From Tubulanus polymorphus (Eukaryota; Animalia; Nemertea): a stretch of 64,000 bases of DNA. The notes under the pieces were generated by a model. The model did no database searches. It saw nothing but the letters and a program-made list of their open reading frames with translations, and was not told the origin of the DNA. Shown here one piece after another: positions 24,340 to 35,223 of the stretch; the first letter of the stretch is position 1, and each line of letters starts with the position of its first letter. The position numbers and the translations under genes were made by a program. Location of the stretch: positions 10,023,859 to 10,087,858 of the forward strand of contig NC_134036.1 in NCBI RefSeq assembly GCF_964204645.1. The letters run 5' to 3'.

Positions 24340-24994
24340 TTAAGATTCAACGTGTTTTTCATTCTGTGTTGAATTCCATAATTCAACAAATGTCTTTGCT
24401 TTAACCACTTGATCTAAATATAACTGTAAATCTAGTTTATTAGATTTAATTATATTTTCTTTCTTTTCAAGAGGTCTTAAATTTTTCCAATTCAAAATTA
24501 GTTTTTTTATCGTATTCACCACTCATATCAAATTTAGAAATCGGCAACACGTGATCAATATGAAAGTATTCACCATAATTATCTATATTCATTTTATCGT
24601 CGAATTGATATATTATCCATGATTTGAGAAATTCATCTGTACAACCCAACAAATTAGATAGTGTTTCTAAATGCGTTTCTTTGTTGAATAATTGTGTTAA
24701 TCTAGACCTTAAACATTGTTTCATTTTAAAATTAAGATCTGTTTTATATCTTCCTCTCATATATTCTGTCATATAATCATTATAATGTTCTCTATTATCT
24801 GCTCGATATTGCTTGGTATATAGTTTAATACAAGTTTTGCAGCAATATTGAAAACCATCTTTGCTAATCTTACGCTTACTAAATTCTGTTATAGCTAATT
24901 TATCTAATTCACATTTAGAACATTTCTTGTAGTATATATTTATAACACCAGTGTTATTTGTAATATTGATAAATTGTGATTGTTCTGGTTCCAT
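24340..24994 (-). pseudogene. Giant-virus-type zinc-finger/HNH (EndoVII-like) endonuclease, frameshifted
   Basis: KKCSKC...CKTC, LRSRL...LLGC...NYG..FHIDHVLP, then NWKNLRPL...N..KSNK in the adjacent frame. Confidence 0.75.
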
Positions 24995-25074
24995 TTTAAT
25001 ATCAAATATTTGTTACTAAATTGATTTTAGAATTTATCCATTTATATGTTATTCATATATATGAATATTTTAAG

Positions 25075-25220
25075 AGTAATAGGGAATATGGGGGTTCATA
25101 TCAAAGGTTGAAGGGGCGGGCGAGTAAAAAATTAAAAGTAAATTCGAGTGTGCGAGAATTTATTTTTTTATGAGCTCGACCGTTCGACCTTTGGTATGAA
25201 CCCCCATATTCCCTATTACT
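25075..25220. repeat. Terminal foldback palindrome of a Polinton derivative
   Basis: AGTAATAGGGAATATGGGGGTTCATA...TATGAACCCCCATATTCCCTATTACT. Confidence 0.85.
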
Positions 25221-26481
25221 TATGTTAACCTGTTAAGTGTCAAAATCATCTGTTAGAAGTACTGGAATATTATGTAAAATCAGGTCAAAAACATATATTT
25301 AGTGTGTTTACAACATGTGTATTTGTAGATTTGAATCGCCGCTGTTTATCAGATGCCATAGTGCTGTACTGAAAATAAACTATGTATATACGTTAAGTTC
25401 ATCTCGCCGGTCGTAGTTTATTTCGCTAGTCCTGTCCACAGCTCAGCACCAGGCGCATCCAAACAAGTTGATCCATTCTCACCAGTCCAGATGGTCCAGT
25501 CCAGAACTATTCAACTACAACTCCGTCTGAATATTTAATATCTACTTTTTCCATATCATCGTCGAATATTCTAGAATATAAAACACGAGAAAGATATTGG
25601 AGGAAAACCTCAAACTATCAAGGAAATAGTGTAAGAAAAATGTCGAACTTACCCCACGACGCGACCACAACCACGCTCGTCATTGCATGAGTGTTCAAAC
25701 GCAGGCTTATGGCGAAATGCGTGTTACAAAATGAACCATAGAAATATATAATACCCGTTATTGTAACGGTTCATAGAATATGAAAGATATCGGCAGATTG
25801 AAGGACACAAACTACCTACCCTACCGGGTTATATGAAACGCATTCGGTCGTGACACGCAACCACAAGTGAAGGCTAGGCGCAAGATCAAACTATGGCTCC
25901 AAGGTCTTTTTGTTCTGGAGTGTTATACACATTAACGGTAATTGTATTTTACTGAAGTGTTTCCGGAATATGCGGATTTAAGTTGTATGAAGTCAATCAA
26001 ACTATGAATCAATGATTAATGATTGATTACATGACTTCATTTCTACAGCGGATTTTCACAGAAATATGACTCGTCCAGCTACAATACAGCTTTGATAAAC
26101 TACTGTTTGTATTTGTGTGTTGTATACAAAAATGATCAACGAAAATGAAAAGATTCAACAATTCGAAGAAAGAAAATTTAGATTTTCCAAACTGTTTTAT
26201 TATATATTTGCAGCTGTATAACAATCGAATTTCATTAACAGAATATCACACTCTTACCAGGCCACAGTAAATACGGTTTCAAGTTGTATGACTACGTGGG
26301 GTGGGGATAAGGGGGAAGGGGAGTATATTTAATGATTAAAAGGCTGCGGTTCATAGTAACCATTTTACACTAATAGGTTCATTGACACGATTTTCAAGGG
26401 CAGTGATTCCTTGATTAATTTCCAATTCTCAAACAAAATGTCCTACTGTAAATCGATGTGAATAAAATTTTAAATCAGTGG

Positions 26482-27429
26482 TTATTTGAATGAATTTCTA
26501 CAGCAGATTTTCATACAGAAATATTCACGAATTTCTCGTCCAAGTAAAAGATATATGTAGAAGTTTACCACATAGTTACTCATAAAGAATTGTGTCAAAA
26601 TATCATATAGAAATTCTTTCTGTTCCGTAAGGATTGGTAAAAATACAACAACAGTGGTTGGAAGTGTGAATATTGCAAATGCGAGTGAAACTGTTACAAG
26701 CATCATTGTTGTACGTTTCGATTTTGTAGTTTTCTTATCAGACGAAAGCATTTTTGTACCTCTGAATAACTGAATAATTATGATAGAATTTGATATTAGA
26801 ATCAACGATAAAGGCAAAACAAAAGCGTAGACACCAAGTGGAGTAAGAAATTTCATTTGGACAATTAATTCATAGTAACATCCGAAAAATTGGTCGGAAA
26901 ATTGTATCGACAAAGTAGCGGGAAGTTGAACCAGTACAGTCACCGTAGTAATTATCAATATAGCAAATCTAGCGAATCTAGGCGTGCATATCAAACGAGA
27001 AGTGAACGGAAAGAGAACAACTGCCGCACGTTCTAGAGATATAGCTACCAATAACCAGGAACTGCTAGAATTGGCACCTGCCATCAATATTTCATATATC
27101 TTACAACTGATCAGTGAATTCATGATGAATATAAGACTAGTGTTTAGATTCAAGAGAACTAACTGTAAAACAGGCATCAGTGTAAAATGTATACAGAACA
27201 GGAAATCACAGACTGATAAAATGACAAGATAGTTAGCGTAAGATAAACTGCGGAATCTGCGACTTGTCATTATTAGAAAAGTAGCTGAATTTCCAAAGAC
27301 TCCAAACAGAAACACGATAGGCAGAATGACCAACGACACAGTACGGTAAGTTCCAGACCTGTTCTCCACCGACATTAGAATGATGTAACTGCTATACGTT
27401 CGACCAATTCGTATCTTAGTTGAATTCAT
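26482..27429 (-). CDS. Class A (rhodopsin-like) GPCR, peptide-receptor-like, intronless host gene
   Basis: Seven hydrophobic segments with GN (TM1), LSVCD (TM2), SLER (TM3), the TM6 Pro and NFYIY (TM7). Confidence 0.88.
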   Translation of the reverse strand: MNSTKIRIGRTYSSYIILMSVENRSGTYRTVSLVILPIVFLFGVFGNSATFLIMTSRRFRSLSYANYLVILSVCDFLFCIHFTLMPVLQLVLLNLNTSLIFIMNSLISCKIYEILMAGANSSSSWLLVAISLERAAVVLFPFTSRLICTPRFARFAILIITTVTVLVQLPATLSIQFSDQFFGCYYELIVQMKFLTPLGVYAFVLPLSLILISNSIIIIQLFRGTKMLSSDKKTTKSKRTTMMLVTVSLAFAIFTLPTTVVVFLPILTEQKEFLYDILTQFFMSNYVVNFYIYLLLGREIREYFCMKICCRNSFK

Positions 27430-28157
27430 GATTCACGAGAATTAACTCTGTTCGGTACGCTCTAGACCTGCTCACTACAGGCATTATAGCGATGTAACTG
27501 ATAAACTGCATCTGAGTTGAATTCATTATTCGATAAAGTGTCAGAGGTATGTGGACTGATTGAATCAATAGACTGACGCTACGTGCAAGCCATGACATAT
27601 ATTCATTTACGCACACAATTTATTTTTGTTCGTTCGCATCAAATGAAAAACAATTCTCAGAAATCTGACTGAAAACATTATAAACCCGTTAGCACTCAAG
27701 CCATCCGTATCCGCCCAGACTAATACTCCTCAAACCTCCCGAATTTTCCCGGCACTTTTTCGTATGCCGCACCACAACGGTTATAGTGTGACTCGGGCCC
27801 AATAGCTTATGATAAACTAGACACCTAAGTTCTCGAAATACCGTACAGAAATCAACATCCTCCTATTTCAATTTCTCAAGTATTTCAAATTTGACACATC
27901 TGAGCGCTCACTTCAAATCCAAGTAAGTTTGGATGAATTTCGGGGGCGAAAAGGACATGTTTTTAGTGACCCGCCTCATCAAATCTTACATCATATTAAA
28001 ACCTTGACAATTTACTAAAAAATAACACTAACTTGTTATGTATGGAAATCGAGATCTCGAATAGAACTCTGCTCACCCAAGACTGCGGACCTTGTTGTAG
28101 AAAGAAGTGGCATTCTTTAAAGTCCGATTTTCCACTCAACTTTTGGCAAGAAGCAGC

Positions 28158-29075
28158 AGTAATTGAAAAATAGCGTTTTCACACCAGAGCACGAGAGTAC
28201 GACAAATCACTCATCACCACTAGTAATTTTTCCTTACAAATGGGAGACTGTGAGTACCAGACAGAAAAATTGATGTTAATAAAAATCAATATTATTGTCC
28301 ATACTGTAAAAAGTACATCGATAAATCTAATAACTCTCATCACGAAAAAACTGCAAATCATAAAAAAATGTTATAGATTTTGAAACACCAGAAAATTCAA
28401 ATGAAAGAAAAGAACAATTAAAAAATATGAAAAAAAGATAAAATTAAATGTAATGTTTGTAATGAAGTTTATAGCAAAAAGGAATTATGAAAGACATCTC
28501 GAATCACAAAAACACCAACACAATTTAAATAAAAATATTTTAGCAACAGAATATTTTGATGATAAACCTCAACAAGTAAAAAAACCAGCTTCAAAAACTA
28601 AATCTATTTCAAATAAACCTTATATAGAAAATGTAAGAAATTATATCGATTCACTAGAAATAAAAGATACAATAGAAATTTTAGAAACATTACGTTGTAA
28701 AATTGGTCCTGCAGCCATTATATTTAGATTTTTTTAAGGCACAACAATATATGTTTATAGCAAATATATCGAAATAATTGAACAAATAATGGACTTTGCT
28801 ACAGAGTTGAATATCCAAAAATTAGTATTTCTGGAAAAGTAAGTTTTATAAAATCAGAAGAAAAAATGGAGTATAATATTCAAACATATTTTGACGAAAT
28901 AATTTAAAAAACACAAATAAAAGAGAAAAAAATATTTAATATTGAAGAAAGATATTTTGAGGGTTCTGGTCTAACATTGAATGAAATCATATTTTGGATC
29001 TGAATATTTATGATACAAAAAGGAATAAAGCATCAAAAAGTAATACATTGTTTAAAAATGATTCAAAATTTTCAA
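28158..29075 (+). mobile_element. Polinton fragment D: terminus plus decayed pPolB 5' end (relative of element A)
   Basis: AGTAATTGAAAAATAGCGTTTTCACACCAGAG terminus, colinear with 19696 to about 18760. NKPYIENVRNYIDSLEIKDTIE is nearly identical to copy A. Confidence 0.85.
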
Positions 29076-29254
29076 TAATAATAAATTTATTTTTCATTTA
29101 ACTACATTTCTATGAATAATGACAATACAGAAAAATGTTACCGAGTTAAGTTAAATGAAGGTAACAGTGAGAGCCTTAGGGGCTGTACAGGTCACTGCAC
29201 CTAGGTGCCTAGAGTGCAAGAGTGCAAGTGCAGCGAATTGAGTAGGTAGTTGTA

Positions 29255-29362
29255 ACAATAGTAATAATGATAATAATGATAACAATAATGATAACAACAA
29301 TCATAATAATAATCAAAATAATAATCATAATAATAATCATAATGATAATCATAATAATCATA
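29255..29362. repeat. (AAT)n-type microsatellite
   Basis: Imperfect AAT/GAT/CAT run. Confidence 0.8.
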
Positions 29363-30622
29363 ACATTTATCAATTTATTCTTTATATTTTAAGTTTTTTT
29401 TTAGAAAAAAGTCACGAATGATTCATACTTATTCAGTGCTTTTGAGCCATAGCTTCCGTTGCCATAGCAAAAACCTCGTCGGAAAACCCCAACGCTATTT
29501 CTTCTTTTTTTCTTTCAGCATCGTCAACGATTGAACGAACAGACTCTGGCAATTCATCCAAGGCTCTTTCCAAATTTAGAAGATAATATTCTATTAATAT
29601 TGTGAGTGTGGCAACTCTTTTTCCGTAGCTTACTCACGTCTTCCTATTTCGCCTCAGCTTCAGCCAACAGCGACCGCTTTCTTTGTGAGGTTTACCTTGC
29701 TCTACTACCTTTCTTAGAAGTGACTGATATTTTTTTTTCTGTTTTTTTTTACTCCTTCACTTTCACAAAGTGGGACTGGGAGGATGTAGTACAGACTAAC
29801 TCAAAAAACTCACGTGTTCATTTTTTCCTCTCGATTTCTTCAAATTCTAGTATTCAACTTTTTCTAACACCACTATCAACACTTCGTTCCCGGGTTTCGG
29901 CTCCATAAATTTGTCTTAAACTCCATCCTGGTCCCTTCGTCCTCGCTTGCCAGGGGTCCGGTATCACTCCCGAACTCGCTTCCACCCGCCCCTGGCCCCA
30001 TGAAGCGTGATTTCATTGCTGGCGCTGTTGCGCATGACGTCATATATCGATTTGCTAAATACTTCCTTGTTCGGTAAAACGTTCGCTGATTGGTCCATTC
30101 AACGGACAAACCAACAGAAGCCTTATTTAGTTTGTTACAAGCGCTGTGATTGGTACAACCGGATTCAGGTCGGCAAGTTACGACTCCAGCGACTCGAGAG
30201 GTCAAGGGGTTCGGAGAACAGCTTTAGCGTAGTGGGTTCGAATCCCTTGACGGGTGAGGATTGGTCGCTTAAAAGTAATAGGGGTAATGGGCTTTCAGGC
30301 CAAAGGTCGAACGGTCGAGCTCGTAAAAAATGAAAAAACATAAAAATAATAACAATTTCTACTTGAATTACTCGCAAAACTCATAAAAATGAAAAATAAA
30401 TTCTCACACGCTCGAATTTATTTTTCATTTTATGAGTTTCACTCCTAATTCAAGTAGAAATTGTAATTATTTTTATGTTTTTCATTTTTACTCACCCACC
30501 CGTTCAACCTTTAACCCGAAAGCCCATTACCCCTATTACTCTTAAAATATTCATATATATATGAATAACATTTAAATCATTGAACTTCTAAAATCAATTT
30601 TAATAAAAAATATAGTATTAAA

Positions 30623-30859
30623 ATGGAAGCAAATAAGTACTACTGCCCAACATGTAAGATAAATATAGATAAGTCTCAAAAAGCAAGACACAATAAAACT
30701 AAAACACATTTAGAGAATAAATTGAAACTAGAATATTTACAGTTATATTCAGAACAGTTAACAAAAGGAAAGAAATTTATTGAATTATGGAATAATGATC
30801 CAAATAATGAACAATATGTTGAGGATCCGATGTTTATACTAGAACATGATTCTATTTGA
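30623..30859 (+). pseudogene. Deletion chimera: pPolB N-terminal zinc finger fused to the HNH-gene C-terminus
   Basis: MEANKYYC...KLKLEY matches the ORF at 60460; LQLY..Q..K.K.F.ELWN matches ORF 24340-24522. Confidence 0.75.
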
Positions 30860-31350
30860 ACCTATATACATTCAATGTACAGAGCTATGGAATAAATCTA
30901 TAAATTCACAGCCGTTACAGTTGTTACTATGACGACGAGACATTATGACACATAATATTACAAACGTGTAGAGAAAATTCTAGAACCGGAACTAGATGAC
31001 GTGGCATAATCAACGACGTGTCATTCTAGAAATCGCCCCGGAAATGGACATACGCTGTAACATTGTGCTCAGGATATTCTATCTTTCGAAACGAAATTAG
31101 GAGTTTATAGTTTACAATTATAAATCTAAATGTAAGTACTGTTTTTTGTAGTTATTGGGGCTATTAAATATGAAACCTTTAAGTGCTTTTGACAACTACA
31201 ACTTCATACAGTTAATTCTATTTTACGTTAGATAGATAATAACTTGAACTATAATAAGTTATAATAATTAGAAACGATAGACTTGAAAATATTTATATCA
31301 TATAATATCGCGGTTCCTGTTCTACCGCTGATATCTTTTAGTTGAATAAA

Positions 31351-32079
31351 ATGTCGTGTGTATCAAGAAGTACTCTTGATTCTCAGAGGACAACCGAAAT
31401 GGAAGATGAACCAACCGAAATGGAAGATGAACCAACCGAAATGGGTACTGAAGTAAAAGAATCTTTCGATATAGAAGATGAAACGTTAGAAGAAGTTAAA
31501 AAACATTTATATTACCATCAAGAAATGACATTAATTTTAGAAAAAATAATAGAAAACCAGCAATCAAGCGTAACATCATTACCGAAAAGACCAACAACCA
31601 ATGTAGAAATATTGTTAAGACTAAAAGGAACAAAAACTAAAAAGAAAATGAGCGGAAATGAGTTAAATAAGTTTTTAAAATCAAAATTATCAAATGAAAA
31701 AGATGTAAGTTTTAAAGAAATAGAAGGTGTAACATCATTTAATGAAATAACTGTTTTATTGAAAAAAAATTATAGAACCTTGTTATTTAAAAAAGCAAAG
31801 CATTTATGGGATTATATCATTTTCGGGGATTGTTTAAATAGGGGATTTTTAATGTTTAATAAACAAACTGCAGGGATTTCTTGGACTTCTTGGGTTAAAA
31901 AATATATAGGTATTAGTGCTGGGTATGAAAGAAAATTAAGAAGTGTAGGGAGATTAATTACATATAAAAGATTCCAATTTTTAAGTTTGTCATTTTCTGA
32001 TATAGTAAAATACTTAAACGATATTGAAAAAATGTTTGACAATGATCCAGAAATTGAAAAGTTCTGGTTGGAATTATAA
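31351..32079 (+). CDS. Polinton-associated hypothetical protein
   Basis: Intact ORF with a paralog at 20768-21499; W..WV...IGISAGYERKLR motif. Confidence 0.7.
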   Translation: MSCVSRSTLDSQRTTEMEDEPTEMEDEPTEMGTEVKESFDIEDETLEEVKKHLYYHQEMTLILEKIIENQQSSVTSLPKRPTTNVEILLRLKGTKTKKKMSGNELNKFLKSKLSNEKDVSFKEIEGVTSFNEITVLLKKNYRTLLFKKAKHLWDYIIFGDCLNRGFLMFNKQTAGISWTSWVKKYIGISAGYERKLRSVGRLITYKRFQFLSLSFSDIVKYLNDIEKMFDNDPEIEKFWLEL

Positions 32080-32170
32080 ATAAAATAATGTATTAGTTGA
32101 AACTATAAATTTTGTCAATACAACGATCGAACATACTTGTATAATGTATTGTGTAAATCTGATTGGTGAA

Positions 32171-32517
32171 TTTTTATGTCGGTCGTTTCTATTTTACAGA
32201 ATGAATATATAATTATGATTAGCGCATGCGCATTGATCAAAAACGCTCCTATAAGAGCGGTTTTGCCTAGTGTACATGCGTTTGAATTTTCTATGTTCAG
32301 TTGTTTCTATTTTACAGAATGAATATATAATTATGATTAGCGCATGCGCATTGATCAAAAACGCTCCTATAAGAGCGGTTTTGCTTAGTGCGAACACGTT
32401 TAGATATTTTATGTCGGTCGTTTCTATTTTACAGAATTTACAGAATGAATATATAATTATGATTAACGCATGCGCATTAAGCAAAAGCGCTCCTATAAGA
32501 GCGGTTTTGCCCAGTGG
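32171..32517. repeat. Tandem repeat, about 119 bp x3
   Basis: Each unit carries (G/A)CGCATGCGCA and AAAA.CGCTCCTATAAGAGCGGTTTT. Confidence 0.85.
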
Positions 32518-32649
32518 TATTATTTAGATATCAAGGAATCGAAACAACTTATCAAAAGCAGCGAGGAATGAAAAAGGATGACGTTGATCGAAGAAATGGA
32601 AGAGGATTATAAAATATTAACCAATTTAGTAAAAAAATATGTATAATAA

Positions 32650-32964
32650 ATGGAACCAGAACAACCACAAACTATCAATATTACAAATAACACTGGCGTT
32701 ATAAACATATATTACAAGAAATGTTCTAAATGTGAATTAGATAAATCATTAACAGAATTTAGTAAGCGTAAGATTAGCAAAGATGGTTTTCAATATTGTT
32801 GTAAAACTTGTACTAAACTATATACCAAACAATATCGAGAAGATAATATAGAACATTATAATTATTATATGACCAAATATATGAGAGAAAGATATCAAAC
32901 AGATCTTAATTTTAGATTGAAACAATGCTTAAGGTCTAGATTAACACAATTATTCAACCAATAA
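32650..32964 (+). pseudogene. 3'-truncated copy of the zinc-finger/HNH endonuclease gene
   Basis: Nearly identical to the 24994 ORF up to ...RLTQLFN, then diverges at about 32958. Confidence 0.85.
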
Positions 32965-33054
32965 GGGTAAAAAAAATATTTTAAAGCGTAAGGTTTCAGC
33001 GAACTCTAACTCTTTTTGAATTTTAACCTATTTTAATAAAAATTTGATATATAA

Positions 33055-35223
33055 ATGTGCACAAGATTAATTAAAGTTCCCGCGAAAGACATGAGTAATA
33101 AATATATAAATTCAATATTATATTATTTAACTGTTAACAATAATTTAGCAGATATTTCAGGAGTAAATATAAATAAGTATTATAAATCTGAAAATAATGA
33201 ATTAATTGAAACATCAGATATATTTTGCGATAATATAATGCTATATAAAATCATGTTAGAAAAAGAAATTATAAAAGAAAATAGAACAACTTTTCTAAAC
33301 ATTAATCAGAGAAAGATAACACATTATGAAATTAAAGAATGTTTTAATCAAGGAGATATTATATTGGATAACTTAGCTATAAAAATTACACGTGTTTTAA
33401 CAATTCATGATGATAATTCAAAATCATATATATTAAGTAGAATTAATCAAGAATTAAAATTAACAGATTATATTGCTGTATTAAAAATTTCATTATGCAA
33501 TCAAAATTTAAATGAATTAATACAGAAAATGGATAATATTGAAAAATTATTAAATGAAAAAAATTACAATATATTAGATGTAGATGTGACACAAGATTTT
33601 AAAGGATCATTTAATTCAGATGAAATAAAATCAATGTTCGAAAATAGAAAATATAAAGTTCTAAAAGAATTTTCCAATAGTTGTGTTTCAGCATTACATA
33701 AGGATGATAAAATAAAGATCTATAATAAAACAGCATGTCAATTCAAATCTCCTGGTGTAAATATAAATTTCGGTTCAAATTTAATGAGTTACATAAATTG
33801 CTATCAAGAGAGGTTAAAAGAATCATTTGAAAAATCAATTGAAACAGGATTGATTAGAATTGAAATAACAAGTATTTCATTTAAAAGAGGATTAAAAGTG
33901 ATGGAAAAAATAAAACAATACTTAAAAAAAGAAAATATTTACTATTCACCTACATATTTACAACTTAAATCATTATTTGATGAGGTTCAACAGACCGTAT
34001 GTATTTATGATTTGATTGAAAAATGCTTTTATTTCTGTTATTATGGTGATTTATTAGCAAGGAAATTTATAGGATATAAATCTAGGATAAGTAAAAATAT
34101 TGAAGAGTCCTCCTTTTTACTTATTTTATCAATGTTTACAATTAAGAATATCCCATGTTTATACCTAACAATTAATCAAAATGATGATAAATCAGAATTC
34201 ATTATTGAAGCAAAAAAATATATTAAAACTGAAGGAGCAACTGTTATATCTTCAACTAATTCAATGTTTACAGTATCGAATAAATTTATATTTAGATTTA
34301 AATTACGTGAAACAGGAATTAGTTTTACAACTTTAAAAAAGAGATACAATATAAAATCTAAACCTTTTTATAAATTAGATGCACTTGATATTGAAGAAGA
34401 TTTTGATTTAAAATTATTATCTAAAAGTGAATTTAAAAAGTTAGAAGAAATGAAAGAACTTAAACAATTACAAGAAGATATAGATGAAAATAGAAATAAA
34501 ATTTGTAATGAATTAAAGCAACAATTAGATATTGATAATGAATTATTTGAGACAGAATTTAAAAAACTTGAAATAATTCCTGAAGTAAAATTAAATGATT
34601 ATACTCCTAAAATATCTGGAATTGACAATAATACAATTTTTGAAATTAGAGGTTTTTCAACTCAATGTAAATGTATAACAGATCTTTATTTCAGTTATAT
34701 TTTAACAGATCAAGGCTTTTATGAAACTACTACTGATTTAAGAGAATTATTGATAAAAACATTACAATTAGACATATTAAATAATAATTATTTTGAATTG
34801 TCTTCGATAGAAAAAATCATCAAAAAGTTAAAAATAGGCGTTCATAGCCCTGATAGACACTTTATTTCATCAAAATTAGAAAAACCTATTTTCCAAGTAA
34901 AGAAGATAACACACGATCATTTTGAAATAATTGATAAAATGGATTTTGAATTGATGAAAAAATATATTGAATATTTAAAGATAAATTCTAATGATTTCAT
35001 AAATGTATGTGATATACGTAAAGAATCTGATTATTTAAGAAAAATGAAACTTAACAATATGAAAATTAAGCAATGCGAGCGTTTAGAACCATTGAAAGAT
35101 AATTCTGAATATAATATTGATTTCATTAATCCTAGATATTTTAGAAATAAATTGCGCCATCTAATTTTAATTCATAATGATGAAAATATTTACATATCAA
35201 ATGAATTTTTCGGTTGGTTCTAA
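33055..35223 (+). CDS. Rep_trans-like (pT181 RepC/inovirus pII-type) rolling-circle initiator-like protein, probably C-terminally truncated
   Basis: LDVDVTQD, KIKIYNK and LIRIEI occur in the order of the Rep_trans active-site motifs; 722-aa open frame. Confidence 0.55.
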   Translation: MCTRLIKVPAKDMSNKYINSILYYLTVNNNLADISGVNINKYYKSENNELIETSDIFCDNIMLYKIMLEKEIIKENRTTFLNINQRKITHYEIKECFNQGDIILDNLAIKITRVLTIHDDNSKSYILSRINQELKLTDYIAVLKISLCNQNLNELIQKMDNIEKLLNEKNYNILDVDVTQDFKGSFNSDEIKSMFENRKYKVLKEFSNSCVSALHKDDKIKIYNKTACQFKSPGVNINFGSNLMSYINCYQERLKESFEKSIETGLIRIEITSISFKRGLKVMEKIKQYLKKENIYYSPTYLQLKSLFDEVQQTVCIYDLIEKCFYFCYYGDLLARKFIGYKSRISKNIEESSFLLILSMFTIKNIPCLYLTINQNDDKSEFIIEAKKYIKTEGATVISSTNSMFTVSNKFIFRFKLRETGISFTTLKKRYNIKSKPFYKLDALDIEEDFDLKLLSKSEFKKLEEMKELKQLQEDIDENRNKICNELKQQLDIDNELFETEFKKLEIIPEVKLNDYTPKISGIDNNTIFEIRGFSTQCKCITDLYFSYILTDQGFYETTTDLRELLIKTLQLDILNNNYFELSSIEKIIKKLKIGVHSPDRHFISSKLEKPIFQVKKITHDHFEIIDKMDFELMKKYIEYLKINSNDFINVCDIRKESDYLRKMKLNNMKIKQCERLEPLKDNSEYNIDFINPRYFRNKLRHLILIHNDENIYISNEFFGWF

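Larger units (their letters stand above)
20768..25220 (-). mobile_element. Internally deleted Polinton-family derivative C
   Basis: AGTAATAGGG foldback terminus at 25220, an HNH gene, and a homolog of ORF 31351-32079. Non-coding DNA is colinear with 30860-31350. The left boundary is uncertain. Confidence 0.65.
30274..35210 (+). mobile_element. Polinton-family derivative E (foldback terminus, chimeric ORF, hypothetical ORF, truncated HNH, Rep-like ORF)
   Basis: Foldback 30274-30540 and leader nearly identical to 59975-60460. The right boundary is inferred from the composition change at about 35210. Confidence 0.65.

Noticed and set aside
30190-30250. tRNA-like segment with B-box GGTTCGAATCC (similar boxes near 8052, 9868, 42161 and 49707)
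   Set aside because: No cloverleaf can be built; at most SINE/Pol III remnants
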